DNA from: an uncultured Bacilli bacterium
Lineage (GTDB): Bacteria; Bacillota_I; Bacilli_A; RFN20; CAG-826
DNA length: 64,000 nt
Assembly: GCA_944363565.1 (NCBI GenBank)
Contig: CALVUI010000001.1
Span: 337,676 to 401,675, forward strand
Direction: 5' to 3'
The position numbers and the translations under genes are program-made. Below are positions 27,395 through 37,231 of this stretch, piece by piece (within the stretch, counting starts at the first letter, position 1; each line of letters begins with the position of its first letter). The notes under the pieces were generated by a model. The model saw nothing but the letters and a program-made list of their open reading frames with translations, had not been told where the DNA came from and did not search any database.

Positions 27395-27464
27395 TTCTAT
27401 TGCTAGTATAGCGAGGCCAAAAATCAAAGTCAATATTATTTGTCTATCTTTTTGACAACAATTT

Positions 27465-28007
27465 TTGTATAATTCCGTTAGGAGGTTAAAAATGAATAAT
27501 GTTAAAAAATATCGCCGGGCTCGGCGGATCTCGCAAATAAAACTATCGGAGATGGTTGGCCTAAAGGGGAGGGGTTATTTAGCCCAAGTTGAAACGGGTG
27601 CCGCGAAACTGTCATGGAATTTAGCAACAAAAATCGCCGATGTTCTTCATGTTGACGTCTATGACCTTCTAGGTGACGACATTCTGAAAATTAAGCCTAG
27701 CGACCCAGAGTCAAAGGGGAAAGCGGTAGCCTCACTCACTAAGGCTGGAAATGTTTCCTTTACGGATTCTTTTATCTCTTTAATCGATTCATTCATCTAT
27801 TTGTTCGAGACAAACGAATATAAAAGCCTATCCGACGAGATGCTTTATTCTTCTTGTTACAAAATCCGCGAGAATTTGGATGGGTTCACCGAAAACGATT
27901 TCAAGGATTTTTACATATTGGTCAGCCAGTTCATTGACGGGCGCGGCGTCAAGCACAGGCAAGCGCTCGCAGACTTCGCCGACGACATAAAAAAGGAGGA
28001 TAGATAA
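27465..28007 (+). CDS. CI-like repressor: XRE-family HTH with a C-terminal domain that lacks an S24 peptidase signature
   Basis: 180 aa. HTH ISQIKLSEMVGLKGRGYLAQVETGA. AGGAGG RBS. AT-rich gene. Confidence 0.65.
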   Translation: MYNSVRRLKMNNVKKYRRARRISQIKLSEMVGLKGRGYLAQVETGAAKLSWNLATKIADVLHVDVYDLLGDDILKIKPSDPESKGKAVASLTKAGNVSFTDSFISLIDSFIYLFETNEYKSLSDEMLYSSCYKIRENLDGFTENDFKDFYILVSQFIDGRGVKHRQALADFADDIKKEDR

Positions 28008-28637
28008 ATGAAAAACTCTTTGCTATTTGCTGCCTTGCTCTTCGTGCTTCCCTTGACTGGATGCGGAGATCAGGAAGATGGGGGTTTCGCTTCCGTCGAT
28101 TCGTCTTACGAGCTTCTTCCCGTTGGGGACGAACTTACTCTCTACATGGAGAATCAAAAAGTCTCAATCGGCTATGACGTTCTGGAACCCCATTTGGAGG
28201 TTGATCTCCATAACTATGACGATGTTTCGCCCGATAGTTTGCCCTTAACTGGCAATGTATTTTTTTCTGTATTCCTGGCGAATAAACACACTAGAATTTA
28301 TTACCATCATTATGATTCGGGAGCCATCTCAATCGCATTTACATTTTTTATAGAGTTTCCTGAGTCTATCTATTCTGTTCCCGATGCTTTTTCTTCTGAC
28401 TACCAATCCTTTTACTATGTCGAGGATACCTCATATGCAGAGGCCCTTTCCTCTGTCGATCTTGGATCCCTTGACCTTCCGGAAAACTATGGTGTGAAGG
28501 GGGATCCGGTTTATTTCTACCCGGAGGAGTATTGGCTCGACTGCTCCATCACGATCGGCCCCGACGGACGCATCCTTTCTAAGGTGGAGAAGCCGGAATC
28601 CATGGTCTTGTCCAAGGTCTTCGGAGGGATCCTATGA
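28008..28637 (+). CDS. Prophage-encoded lipoprotein (moron; candidate superinfection exclusion)
   Basis: Signal peptide with lipobox LPLTGC. Markedly lower GC than flanking DNA. Sits between the repressor and the integrase. Confidence 0.6.
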   Translation: MKNSLLFAALLFVLPLTGCGDQEDGGFASVDSSYELLPVGDELTLYMENQKVSIGYDVLEPHLEVDLHNYDDVSPDSLPLTGNVFFSVFLANKHTRIYYHHYDSGAISIAFTFFIEFPESIYSVPDAFSSDYQSFYYVEDTSYAEALSSVDLGSLDLPENYGVKGDPVYFYPEEYWLDCSITIGPDGRILSKVEKPESMVLSKVFGGIL

Positions 28638-30064
28638 TACCGGCCGTCGGCTATTGCCGGTTTTCGAGCGAGAACCAAGCTGACGGCTTCTCCATAGAGG
28701 CCCAGAAAGCAGCCATCGAGGAGTTCGCCTCCCGTTCCGGCTATTCCGTCGTCCGCTTTTACGTGGACGAAGCGAAGTCCGGCACCACGACGGAGGGGCG
28801 CACCGCCTTCCTGGAGATGCTGTCGGACTCCAAGAGCGGCGGGTTCCGCGCGGTCATCGTGCACAAGCTCGACCGCTTCGCGAGGTCCAGGATAGATTCG
28901 GCCGTCTCCAAAAAGGTCCTCAAGGACAACGGCGTCAGCCTGGTGTCCGTCTTGGAGCATTTGGACGACTCCCCGGAGTCGATCATCCTCGAATCCGTCC
29001 TCGAAGGGATGTCCGAGTATTATTCGAAGAACCTCTCCAGGGAGACCAAGAAGGGCATGAGGGTCGCCGGGTCCAAGGGACGCATCCTGGGCACGATCCC
29101 CTATGGCTACGTCGCCGATTCCGGCAACAGGTTCAAGGTCGTCGAGGAAGAGGCCGAGCTCGTGCGCTTCATGTTCTCGGAATACGCCAAGGGCGTGCAG
29201 ATGCAGACGCTCGTCCGGGAGGTCAGGGATAAAGGCTACAGGACACGCCGCGGGAATCTTTTCTCCGCATGCACGATAGCCCAGCTCCTCAAGAACGAGA
29301 CGTTCGTCGGGCGCTACCGCTTCGGCTCGGCCGTCTATAGGGACTTGCCGGCGATCATAGACGAGGACACGTTCCAGGTCGTCCAGAAGAGGTTCAACGA
29401 CCACAAGCGGGTGCGGCCGAAGGACAAGGGCACGATCTACCTTCTGACCGGCCTCATATACCACTCGTGCGGAGAGCCCATGGTCGGCTACAAATCCATC
29501 AAAAAAGGCGTCCCCTACTATTACTACCGCTGCAAGGCAAAGGAGCCCGGCGGATTCATCAGGAAGGACGCCATCGAGAAGGCGGTCGTGGAGGCGTTGG
29601 TCTCATTCGTGTCGGACGAGAAGACGATTGCGCGCGTGACCAAGGCCCTGAACAGGGAAATCCAAAAAGCGGCGAAGACCGAGGACGCGAAGAAACTCCG
29701 CGAGGAACTGGCCGCGCTCAAGGACAAGGACTCAAAGCTCCTCGACCTCTATTTGGCCGGGACGATCGAGAAGCCCCTCTACGAGGCAAAGAAGGAGGAG
29801 TTGGACGTCGCGATCAAGCTGGCCGAGAACAAACTGGCGGCCTGCCTGTATTCCCTCAAGATAGCCCCTGACGTCCTTAAGGCGGCTTTCTCGTATTATG
29901 CCTACAGAATAAAAAACGGCTTGGATGAGCCGAACTCTGTCCAAGCCACGATAAACGCCTTCGTCAAGAAGGTCGAGGTCCTCGACGAATCCATCAGGAT
30001 AGCCTTCAACTTCGAAAGCAAGGATTCGGTCGTGGCGTATAAACGAGTTAACGCCCCCCCGTAG
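28634..30064 (+). CDS. Large serine recombinase (phage integrase)
   Basis: 476 aa. N-terminal resolvase catalytic domain (GYCRFSSENQ... catalytic Ser), recombinase domain, zinc ribbon CGEPMVGY...CKAKE, coiled coil. Confidence 0.85.
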   Translation: MIPAVGYCRFSSENQADGFSIEAQKAAIEEFASRSGYSVVRFYVDEAKSGTTTEGRTAFLEMLSDSKSGGFRAVIVHKLDRFARSRIDSAVSKKVLKDNGVSLVSVLEHLDDSPESIILESVLEGMSEYYSKNLSRETKKGMRVAGSKGRILGTIPYGYVADSGNRFKVVEEEAELVRFMFSEYAKGVQMQTLVREVRDKGYRTRRGNLFSACTIAQLLKNETFVGRYRFGSAVYRDLPAIIDEDTFQVVQKRFNDHKRVRPKDKGTIYLLTGLIYHSCGEPMVGYKSIKKGVPYYYYRCKAKEPGGFIRKDAIEKAVVEALVSFVSDEKTIARVTKALNREIQKAAKTEDAKKLREELAALKDKDSKLLDLYLAGTIEKPLYEAKKEELDVAIKLAENKLAACLYSLKIAPDVLKAAFSYYAYRIKNGLDEPNSVQATINAFVKKVEVLDESIRIAFNFESKDSVVAYKRVNAPP

Positions 30065-30073
30065 AAGCGGGGC

Positions 30074-30769
30074 TTAGGCAAGGACGAACTCCAGGGCGTT
30101 CAGGAAGAAACGGGGGCCGGCATTGGCTCCGGTCGGGGAAGCGAAGCTGGAAATGTCGATCGAGGTGGTCGCGGTTTCGAAATCGAAGACGAGGGTCTCT
30201 TCTTCCGGGGCCACTTCCCCGTCGACGTGGGTCCACTCGGCAGTCTGGCCGTTGACCTCGATTGTGGCATCGCTATGGTTGACGCCGGTGTAGTCGCCGC
30301 TCCCGTAGAAGTTGAAGTAATCGGTGCCATAGACCTTGAGGGTCTTGACGGATTCCGCCAGTTCGAGGTGCCAATAGCCTTCCCTCTTCGAGGAGCCGAC
30401 GGTCAGACGGACGTCTTCCTTGGCCGGATCGCAGGCTTGGGCGTAAACGCTTTCGACTTCGTGGCTGACCAAGAGGCCGGACTCCGTGAAATAGGAGGCG
30501 AGGGTGCCCGGGTTCTGGCCGTAGTTATAGCCGGCCGACTCGGCAATCCCTCGGAAGGAGACGAGGACGGATTTCACGATCGGATCCGGATCCCCGCTGG
30601 TTCCGGTATCGTCGGGTTTTTCTTCTTCGGTGGTCGAGGTGCTTTCCTCTTCATCGGGGGTGGTTTCCGAGGTGGAGGTAACCGGCTCATCAGAGGTGGA
30701 GGCAGAGACGGTCGGACCGCAGGCCGAAAGCAAAAGCAACGGGGCGATCAGTAGGGCGATTTTCTTCAT
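30074..30769 (-). CDS. Lipoprotein
   Basis: Lipobox LLSACG followed by a Ser/Thr/Glu-rich linker. Confidence 0.6.
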   Translation of the reverse strand: MKKIALLIAPLLLLSACGPTVSASTSDEPVTSTSETTPDEEESTSTTEEEKPDDTGTSGDPDPIVKSVLVSFRGIAESAGYNYGQNPGTLASYFTESGLLVSHEVESVYAQACDPAKEDVRLTVGSSKREGYWHLELAESVKTLKVYGTDYFNFYGSGDYTGVNHSDATIEVNGQTAEWTHVDGEVAPEEETLVFDFETATTSIDISSFASPTGANAGPRFFLNALEFVLA

Positions 30770-30789
30770 GGTTTTCTCCTATTAATAAG

Positions 30790-30810
30790 AAAACCCCTCG
30801 CGGGGGCTTC
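30790..30810 (-). terminator. Rho-independent terminator downstream of rpmG
   Basis: Minus-strand ccccgcgagggg hairpin followed by a T-run. Confidence 0.45.
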
Positions 30811-30811
30811 C

Positions 30812-30970
30812 TTACTTCTTTTCCTTATGCAGGGTCTTCTTGCGGCAGACGTTGCAGTACTTCATCGTTTCCATACGGTCGGGATGAAGCTTCTTGTTGC
30901 GGCTGGAGATGTAGTTTTCCTCTCCGCATTCGCTGCAGCGAAGGATGACTTGTTCGCGTTTAGAGGCCAT
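30812..30970 (-). CDS. rpmG: 50S ribosomal protein L33 (52 aa, below the ORF-track cutoff)
   Basis: Hand translation MASKREQVILRCSECGEENYISSRNKKLHPDRMETMKYCNVCRKKTLHKEKK. Confidence 0.8.
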   Translation of the reverse strand: MASKREQVILRCSECGEENYISSRNKKLHPDRMETMKYCNVCRKKTLHKEKK

Positions 30971-31072
30971 ATCGATTCACACTACCTTTTCTAATTTGCG
31001 GACGAATGATAGCACCACTAGAGCCAATAATCCACGCTTTTTAAGGGAAAGAAGGCGGTTTATGCTTAAGCC

Positions 31073-32113
31073 ATGAACCGCACCGCCACCAGAAAGATCC
31101 CTCTAGGTAAGATCTCCATCGGGGGAAGCCCCAAGGTCTTGGTCCAAAGCATGTGCAACATCAAGACCTCGAAGGTCGAGGAAGTCAGCGCCCAGATCAA
31201 ACGCTGCCAGGCCCTCGGGGCCGACCTCATGCGGGTTTCGGTCCTCGATAGGGAAGACGCCTTGGCCCTTCCTGAATTGGTGAAAAGAGTCGATATCCCT
31301 TTGGTGGCCGACATCCATTTCGATTACCGCCTGGCCCTTACCGCCATCGAATCGGGGATCGCCGCCATCCGCATCAACCCCGGGAACATCGGGGGGATGG
31401 ACCGGGTGGCCTTGGTCGCAGAAGCCGCCAAAGCCCATCACACGGCCATTAGGGTCGGGGTCAATGCCGGGTCCCTCGATGCTAGCCTCGCCGAACATCC
31501 ATCGGCCGAAGCCTTGCTCTTAAGCGCTAAAAAGCACGTGGGGATGCTCGAAAGCTGTGATTTTCATGACATTGTCATAAGTTTGAAGGCCTCCGACGTT
31601 CTTTTGACCATCGAAGCCTACCGCAAGGCCAGCGAAGCCTTCCCCTATCCCCTCCACCTCGGGGTGACGGAAGCCGGGCCCAAGGACATCGGCCTCCTCA
31701 GAAGCGCGGCCGCCCTTTCGCCCCTCCTCCTCGAAGGGATCGGGGACACGATCCGCATTTCCCTCAGCGAAGAACCGGAAGAGGAGATCAAGGCCGCCAA
31801 CCGTCTCCTTCACGACCTCGGTCTCAAGGAGGACTACTTCACCTTCGTCAGCTGCCCGACCTGCGGACGGACCGAAGTCGACCTCGTACCCTTGGCCAAG
31901 AAGGTCCTCGGCTATCTCGAAGACCACCCCAAGAAGATCAAGGTCGCGGTCATGGGCTGTATCGTCAACGGACCCGGGGAGGCCAAGGAAGCCGACGTCG
32001 GGATCGCCGGGGGACGGGGCTCCTATGTCCTCTTCAAGAAGGGGCAGGTCACGAAGACCATCAAGGAAGCGGAAGCCTACGATTGCCTGATCGAGGAAAT
32101 CGAAAAGCTCTAG
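31073..32113 (+). CDS. ispG: 4-hydroxy-3-methylbut-2-en-1-yl diphosphate synthase (IspG/GcpE)
   Basis: IGGSPKVLVQSM, CPTCGRTEVDL, GCIVNGPGE. Confidence 0.9.
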   Translation: MNRTATRKIPLGKISIGGSPKVLVQSMCNIKTSKVEEVSAQIKRCQALGADLMRVSVLDREDALALPELVKRVDIPLVADIHFDYRLALTAIESGIAAIRINPGNIGGMDRVALVAEAAKAHHTAIRVGVNAGSLDASLAEHPSAEALLLSAKKHVGMLESCDFHDIVISLKASDVLLTIEAYRKASEAFPYPLHLGVTEAGPKDIGLLRSAAALSPLLLEGIGDTIRISLSEEPEEEIKAANRLLHDLGLKEDYFTFVSCPTCGRTEVDLVPLAKKVLGYLEDHPKKIKVAVMGCIVNGPGEAKEADVGIAGGRGSYVLFKKGQVTKTIKEAEAYDCLIEEIEKL

Positions 32114-32137
32114 GCCTCTCCATTTATAACAATTAAA

Positions 32138-32160
32138 AGGCCCCCGGTGACGGGAGCTTA
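32138..32160. terminator. Weak bidirectional terminator between the convergent ispG and helicase genes
   Basis: Short cccg/cggg hairpin flanked by T-runs on both strands. Confidence 0.3.
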
Positions 32161-32171
32161 TTTGATTTGTA

Positions 32172-33524
32172 TTACTTCCCGCCGGACTTTTTCCCGTAGG
32201 CATTGCGGCGGACCGCGGCCTTGATGGCCTTGCGGCGGTACTTGGCCCTGACTTTCTCCAAAGCCAGCTTCTTCTTTTTCTTATAACCGGGCTTGACCTC
32301 TTTGCTATTCATCCTTGCCTTGACGATCGAGAGTTCCCTTCCCTGGTCGGAGTCGACTTCCGGCTTGAACCTCCGCTTCTTGCCGGTCAGGCCCTTGGGA
32401 TCGCTGACCAGGTTTTCGCCCTTGAGGGTAAAGAAGTCGAAGGGAACCCCGGCTTCGAGGAGGACCTTGGCCTTTTCCTCTTCCCCGAGGTCATAGAAGA
32501 CATAGGAATCCCCGTCCTTCCCAAAGCGCCCGGTCCTTCCGGCCCGGTGGTAGTAGAAGTCGCTATCGGAAGGCAGGTCGAGGGAAAGGACGAAGTCGAC
32601 GTCCGGGAGGTCGATCCCGCGGCTCAATAGGTCGCTTCCGACCACCACTTGGTACTCACCCTCGCGGATGAGCCTCATGGTCCGGCGCCTTTCCCTTTCG
32701 CTTAGGTCCCCGGTGTAGGAAACGGCGCTGAAGCCAGCTTCCTTGATTTTCGTATAGAGGGGTCCGGCCTCTTCCTTCTTGTTGACGAAGACGAGGGCCA
32801 GATAAGGCCGCTTGGCCTTGAGGAGACGGACGGCCGCCACATTGCGGTCCTGGTGCCTGACGTCGACGAGGTGGTGCCTGACCTCCCCGGCCGTCTTTTC
32901 CTTGCCGCCTTCATAGCGGAGGTCGGCCCTGACGTATTTGGCGAGGGCGCTTTTGAGGTGTTCCTTGAGGGTGGCGGAAAAGACCAAGACCTGGGTCGGT
33001 CCGGCCGCTTCCAAGATGGCCCCGGCTTCCTCGAAGAAGCCCATGTCCAAAAGCATGTCGGCTTCGTCGAGGACCACGGTCTTGACGTCTTTTAGTTTCA
33101 GCAAACCCTCGTTGATGAGGTCGAGCAAACGTCCGGGAGTGCCCACGGCGATCTGGGGTTGATACTTGGAAAGCCACGCCGCTTCCTCTTCGCGGTCGGT
33201 GTTCCCGGTATATTCCTGGAGGCGGATGCCTTCCATCTTCTTGAGGAAGGGCTCGAAGAAGAAAACGACTTGCCTGGCCAGCTCCCTGATCGGGACGACC
33301 ACGAGGGCCTGGAGACGCGGCAAGGAGGGATCGATCCTCGAAAGGATCGGAACGATGTAACTGAGGGTCTTGCCCGAACCGGTCGGGCTTTGGGCCATGA
33401 CCGATTCGCCCCTGAGGGCCGAGGGGATGACGCTGAGTTGGACGGGGGAAGGGTTTTCGAATCCTTCCTCCTCGAGGACACCGAGGATGTCGGCGGGAAT
33501 ATTGAGGCCTTTGAAGCTTTGCAT
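32172..33524 (-). CDS. DEAD-box ATP-dependent RNA helicase
   Basis: Q-motif region, SPTGSGKT, DEAD (VLDEADMLL), SAT, HRAGRTGR, Lys-rich C-terminal tail. Confidence 0.85.
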   Translation of the reverse strand: MQSFKGLNIPADILGVLEEEGFENPSPVQLSVIPSALRGESVMAQSPTGSGKTLSYIVPILSRIDPSLPRLQALVVVPIRELARQVVFFFEPFLKKMEGIRLQEYTGNTDREEEAAWLSKYQPQIAVGTPGRLLDLINEGLLKLKDVKTVVLDEADMLLDMGFFEEAGAILEAAGPTQVLVFSATLKEHLKSALAKYVRADLRYEGGKEKTAGEVRHHLVDVRHQDRNVAAVRLLKAKRPYLALVFVNKKEEAGPLYTKIKEAGFSAVSYTGDLSERERRRTMRLIREGEYQVVVGSDLLSRGIDLPDVDFVLSLDLPSDSDFYYHRAGRTGRFGKDGDSYVFYDLGEEEKAKVLLEAGVPFDFFTLKGENLVSDPKGLTGKKRRFKPEVDSDQGRELSIVKARMNSKEVKPGYKKKKKLALEKVRAKYRRKAIKAAVRRNAYGKKSGGK

Positions 33525-33562
33525 ATGGGCAAATTATACATGGAAGCCTTACCATTAGGGCC

Positions 33563-34417
33563 ATGGAGACCATCATCGCCAGCCCCATTTCCTTCTGCGG
33601 CGGGGTCAAGCACGCGGTCGAGGAGGCCAGGCGCCTATCCCAAAGATACCCCAAGGTCTACATGCTTTTTGCCCCTGTCCATAATGAGGAGGTCGTCTCT
33701 TCCCTCAAAAAGGACGGCCTCGTCTTGCTCGAAGGGGCCGCGGCTTTGGATCTGATTCCCGAAGCCCAGGACGGCCTCTTGCTCTTTGGGGCCCACGGTC
33801 ATCCTTTGGCCTACGAGGAAAAGGCCATCGAGGAAGGGGTCGAGTTCGTCGATTTGACCTGCCCCTATGTCAGGCGGATCCTCGAGGCCCTAAGGGAAGA
33901 AAGCCAGAACCACGACATCATCTATTTAGGCGAGGAAGGCCATCAGGAATGTCTCGCCGCCCTTTCGATTAGCAAGCGCATCTTCCTTTATAAGGAAGGA
34001 ACTACTAATAAACTACCAATTAAAGACCAGTCACCTATTTTCAGATGCCAGACCACGATGTCGCTTGAGGAAATTGAAAAAGCCCGGGGCGAAATCCTTT
34101 CCGTCTTTCCTAATGCCATCGACCGGGCCGCTCCCTGCCCCGCCACGCAGGCTAGACAGGAACTCTCCCGGCATCTTCCAAAGAACGTAAGATCGGCGGT
34201 GGTCCTTGGCAGCGCGACCAGCCGGAACACCCTCTCCCTTTACGAAGCGGTCAAAAAGGAAAACCCGGACCTCTTCGTGATCCGGGCTTTGGATGAAAAG
34301 GAGATCGAGCCTTACGCCGACGAACTGAGGCAACATGCTCCCGTTTACCTGATGTCTGGAGCCTCAAGCGCCCCCGAGACCATCAAGCGGGTCCAAGAAT
34401 ATCTAGAGTCCCTCTAG
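33563..34417 (+). CDS. ispH: 4-hydroxy-3-methylbut-2-enyl diphosphate reductase (IspH/LytB)
   Basis: FCGGVKHA, PVHNEEVV, AHGHP, LTCPYV, GSATSRNT. Confidence 0.8.
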   Translation: METIIASPISFCGGVKHAVEEARRLSQRYPKVYMLFAPVHNEEVVSSLKKDGLVLLEGAAALDLIPEAQDGLLLFGAHGHPLAYEEKAIEEGVEFVDLTCPYVRRILEALREESQNHDIIYLGEEGHQECLAALSISKRIFLYKEGTTNKLPIKDQSPIFRCQTTMSLEEIEKARGEILSVFPNAIDRAAPCPATQARQELSRHLPKNVRSAVVLGSATSRNTLSLYEAVKKENPDLFVIRALDEKEIEPYADELRQHAPVYLMSGASSAPETIKRVQEYLESL

Positions 34418-35182
34418 TCAGATGACTTCCGGCGGGACCTCGTGGACTTCCCCGCCAATTTCCAAACTGCCATCGATCGAAAGGAGGGTCTTTTTCATTC
34501 TCTCGACAAAGGCCCCCTCGATTTCGTGGGGCAGGTCCAAATAGTCGAAACCGGCCAAAAGGATCTCGCGTCTGGCGTGATGGGGAGCGTCCCCGGAAAT
34601 ATAGACGTCATAGCCTTCTTCCTTGACGTCGCGCCAGGCAAAGGATCCGGCGCCGCCGATGATGGCGACCTTCTCGACGACGGGTTTCCCGGCCGCGATC
34701 AAGAGACCATAGGGGGCCCTCAAAGCCTTTTTGGCGTACTCCGCGAATTCATGGATATCCATGGGCTCTGGCAGACGCCCTCCGCGGGCCGTCGGCTGGG
34801 TGGCCAAATTGGCGACGTCCAAAAGCCCCAGCCTCAAGGCCAATTCGTCGTTCATCCCGGGATAGCCGGCATCGAAATTGGTGTGGTAGCTATAGATGGC
34901 TAGACCCGCCTCCTCGCACCTCTTGGTGAGCTCGGCCTTTTCGACATCGACCTCCATGATCTTCTTGGGGTTTCCGAAGAAATAGGGATGATGTGTGATG
35001 ATGAGGTCGGGGCCAAAGGCCCTGGCCTCCTCGAACACCTGTGAGTCGAAATCAAGGCAGAGGAAGATCCGCTTGGTTTCTTCCTTGAGGGTCCCTAGTT
35101 GGAGACCGACGTGGTCATAGCCTTCCGCCAGCCTTTTCGGGTAATAACGGGCCAAGGCCCGGAGGAGTCTATTGGTTTCCAT
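34418..35182 (-). CDS. Nif3-family dinuclear metal centre protein (YqfO-like)
   Basis: LIITHHPYFF, SYHTNFD, and synteny with trmK-rpoD-dnaG. Confidence 0.75.
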   Translation of the reverse strand: METNRLLRALARYYPKRLAEGYDHVGLQLGTLKEETKRIFLCLDFDSQVFEEARAFGPDLIITHHPYFFGNPKKIMEVDVEKAELTKRCEEAGLAIYSYHTNFDAGYPGMNDELALRLGLLDVANLATQPTARGGRLPEPMDIHEFAEYAKKALRAPYGLLIAAGKPVVEKVAIIGGAGSFAWRDVKEEGYDVYISGDAPHHARREILLAGFDYLDLPHEIEGAFVERMKKTLLSIDGSLEIGGEVHEVPPEVI

Positions 35183-35837
35183 TTTTCAGTACCTCCCTAA
35201 GCAAATTCAGCCGTTGTTGTAGTTCTTCGGCCCTTTGTGCGTTCCCCGAGGCCACCTCGAGCAAGGCCCGGACCGTCTCCTCTTCCTTCTTGCATCTTTC
35301 GACGAAGAGGTCCCCGCCTTCTAGGTAGAGGGGGCCATAGACCTTGGTTACCCCGTCCAAAACCTGGGGCTCGCCTTTGGACAAGACGAAGCACTCGTAA
35401 TAGTGATGCCCCTCTTTGGCCATCCCATAGGCCACGTGCCGATAGGGAAGCTTAAAGAGGTAGTCCAAGAGTTCTTCCCTTCCCCCTTGGGGTTCGAGGA
35501 CCAGGGTCTTGACGTTGCCTAGAAGATCATTTCCCTTTTCGAGGATCCTCTGCATGAGGCGACCCCCCATCCCGGCGAGGACCACGGTGTCGGTATCCTT
35601 GGGAAGACCGTCGAGACCGTCGGCCAGACGGACGTCCGCGCGGCTAGTTAGGCCGGTTTCCTCGATGGCCTTCAGGGAATTTTGGTAAGGCCCCTTCTTG
35701 TTGTCGCTTAGATGGGCCTTCCGGGTTGGGTCTTCCAAGAGGGCCGATATCGAAAGAAGGCCGTGATCGCTTCCGATTTCGGCGAAGACGGCCCCCTTGG
35801 GTATATACGAGACGATCAGATCGATGCGGGAAGTCAT
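35169..35837 (-). CDS. trmK: tRNA (adenine22-N1)-methyltransferase TrmK (YqfN-like)
   Basis: [15 protein letters not shown], and position between sigA and nif3 as in Bacillus. Confidence 0.7.
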   Translation of the reverse strand: MTSRIDLIVSYIPKGAVFAEIGSDHGLLSISALLEDPTRKAHLSDNKKGPYQNSLKAIEETGLTSRADVRLADGLDGLPKDTDTVVLAGMGGRLMQRILEKGNDLLGNVKTLVLEPQGGREELLDYLFKLPYRHVAYGMAKEGHHYYECFVLSKGEPQVLDGVTKVYGPLYLEGGDLFVERCKKEEETVRALLEVASGNAQRAEELQQRLNLLREVLKNGNQ

Positions 35838-37216
35838 TTCTTCCCTTCGCCCGTATTGTAGAGAACCTCGTGGTAGTCCCCGAGCCTCTTGCTCCTGGTC
35901 GGGTGGCGGAGCTTCCTGATGGCCTTGGCCTCGATCTGACGGATCCGTTCACGGGTGACCCCGAATTCCTTCCCGACTTCCTCGAGGGTCCGTGGGCGGT
36001 TGTCCTCGAGGCCGTAACGGAGCTTCAGGACCTTCTGCTCGCGTTCGGTGAGGTCGCCCATGATGCGGTAGAGCTCGTCCCTCAAAAGGGATTTAGTGGT
36101 GAATTCGGCGGGACTCTGGGTTTCCTTGTCTTCAATGAAGTCCCCGAGGTGGCTATCGTCTTCCTCCCCGATCGGGGTTTCGAGGGAAACCGGTTCGAGG
36201 GCGATCCTCTGGATGGTCCTGATGGCCTCCGGGGTCAGGTACTTGTCCTTCCCCATCGTTTCCTTCATCCGTTCGCTGATCTCTTCGGGGGTGGGATTGC
36301 GGCCCAGTTCCTGGACCAAAGCCCGTTCGACCCGGCTCATCTTGTTGATGGTCTCGACCATGTGGACCGGGATCCTAATGGTCCGGGCCTGGTCGGCGAT
36401 GGCCCGGGTGATGGCCTGGCGGATCCACCAGGTGGCGTAGGTCGAGAACTTGAAGCCCTTGGTGTAGTCGAACTTGTCGACCGCCTTCATTAAGCCCATG
36501 TTCCCTTCCTGGATGAGGTCGAGGAAATGCATGCCCTTACCGACATAGTGCTTGGCGATTGAAATGACCAAACGGAGGTTGGCGTTGCAGAGCTGGTCCT
36601 TGGCCTGCTTCCCGTCGTCGATGTCGTACTGGGCGATGCGTCTCGCCTTCTCGTCGCCTTTGGCGATGGCTTCCTCGAGGGCCTTCTTGGCTTCCTCGCC
36701 CTTGACGATCCTTTTGGCGAGTTCGGTTTCCTGCTTACCGGTCAATAGGTCGACCTTCCCGATCTCCTTGAGGTACATCTTGACCGAGTCGTTGACCTTG
36801 ACCTCGCCGGTCGGAATCCTTGAGATATCCTCGATCCCGAGGTCGTCGGCCGCCTCATCATTGTCTTCCTCGGCCTCCGCCATCTCGTTGGCGGCCTTCT
36901 CGAGGGCGGCTTCGTCCATGGCGTCCGGGTCTTCGGGTTCCTCGTCTTCTTCCCCGGTCCCCTCGATCTTCACGTCGTGGGACTTGAAGAAGGAGATGAG
37001 GCCCTCGAAGTCCTCTTCGCTGAGGTCGAGGCGCGAGGTCGCTTCCATGACCTCGTCCTGGTCAAGGATGCCGCCGTTGTCGGTGGCCTTCTTGAGGAGT
37101 TCCTTCTTGATGGTGTCGAGGCTCTTGACGGCCTCTTCCTCTTCGGCCGCCGGATCCATCATCGGCTCCAGCTCCTCGTGTTCTTCTTCGTCTTTCCTTT
37201 TCTTTTTCGCAGTCAT
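35834..37216 (-). CDS. rpoD: RNA polymerase primary sigma factor
   Basis: Acidic region 1, [27 protein letters not shown] (2.4/3), region 4 HTH. Confidence 0.9.
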   Translation of the reverse strand: MTAKKKRKDEEEHEELEPMMDPAAEEEEAVKSLDTIKKELLKKATDNGGILDQDEVMEATSRLDLSEEDFEGLISFFKSHDVKIEGTGEEDEEPEDPDAMDEAALEKAANEMAEAEEDNDEAADDLGIEDISRIPTGEVKVNDSVKMYLKEIGKVDLLTGKQETELAKRIVKGEEAKKALEEAIAKGDEKARRIAQYDIDDGKQAKDQLCNANLRLVISIAKHYVGKGMHFLDLIQEGNMGLMKAVDKFDYTKGFKFSTYATWWIRQAITRAIADQARTIRIPVHMVETINKMSRVERALVQELGRNPTPEEISERMKETMGKDKYLTPEAIRTIQRIALEPVSLETPIGEEDDSHLGDFIEDKETQSPAEFTTKSLLRDELYRIMGDLTEREQKVLKLRYGLEDNRPRTLEEVGKEFGVTRERIRQIEAKAIRKLRHPTRSKRLGDYHEVLYNTGEGKK

Positions 37217-37231
37217 GGTTCTGTCTCCTTT

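Larger units (their letters stand above)
1..30070 (-). mobile_element. Prophage, siphovirus-like, HK97-type head. Its left end lies beyond the window; the right end is at the serine integrase
   Basis: Contiguous minus-strand late, packaging, replication and early operons plus a CI/integrase module. Host housekeeping genes start at rpmG/ispG. Confidence 0.8.

Noticed and set aside
28517-29464. 315 aa minus-strand ORF inside the integrase gene
   Set aside because: Antisense shadow of a well-supported serine recombinase CDS
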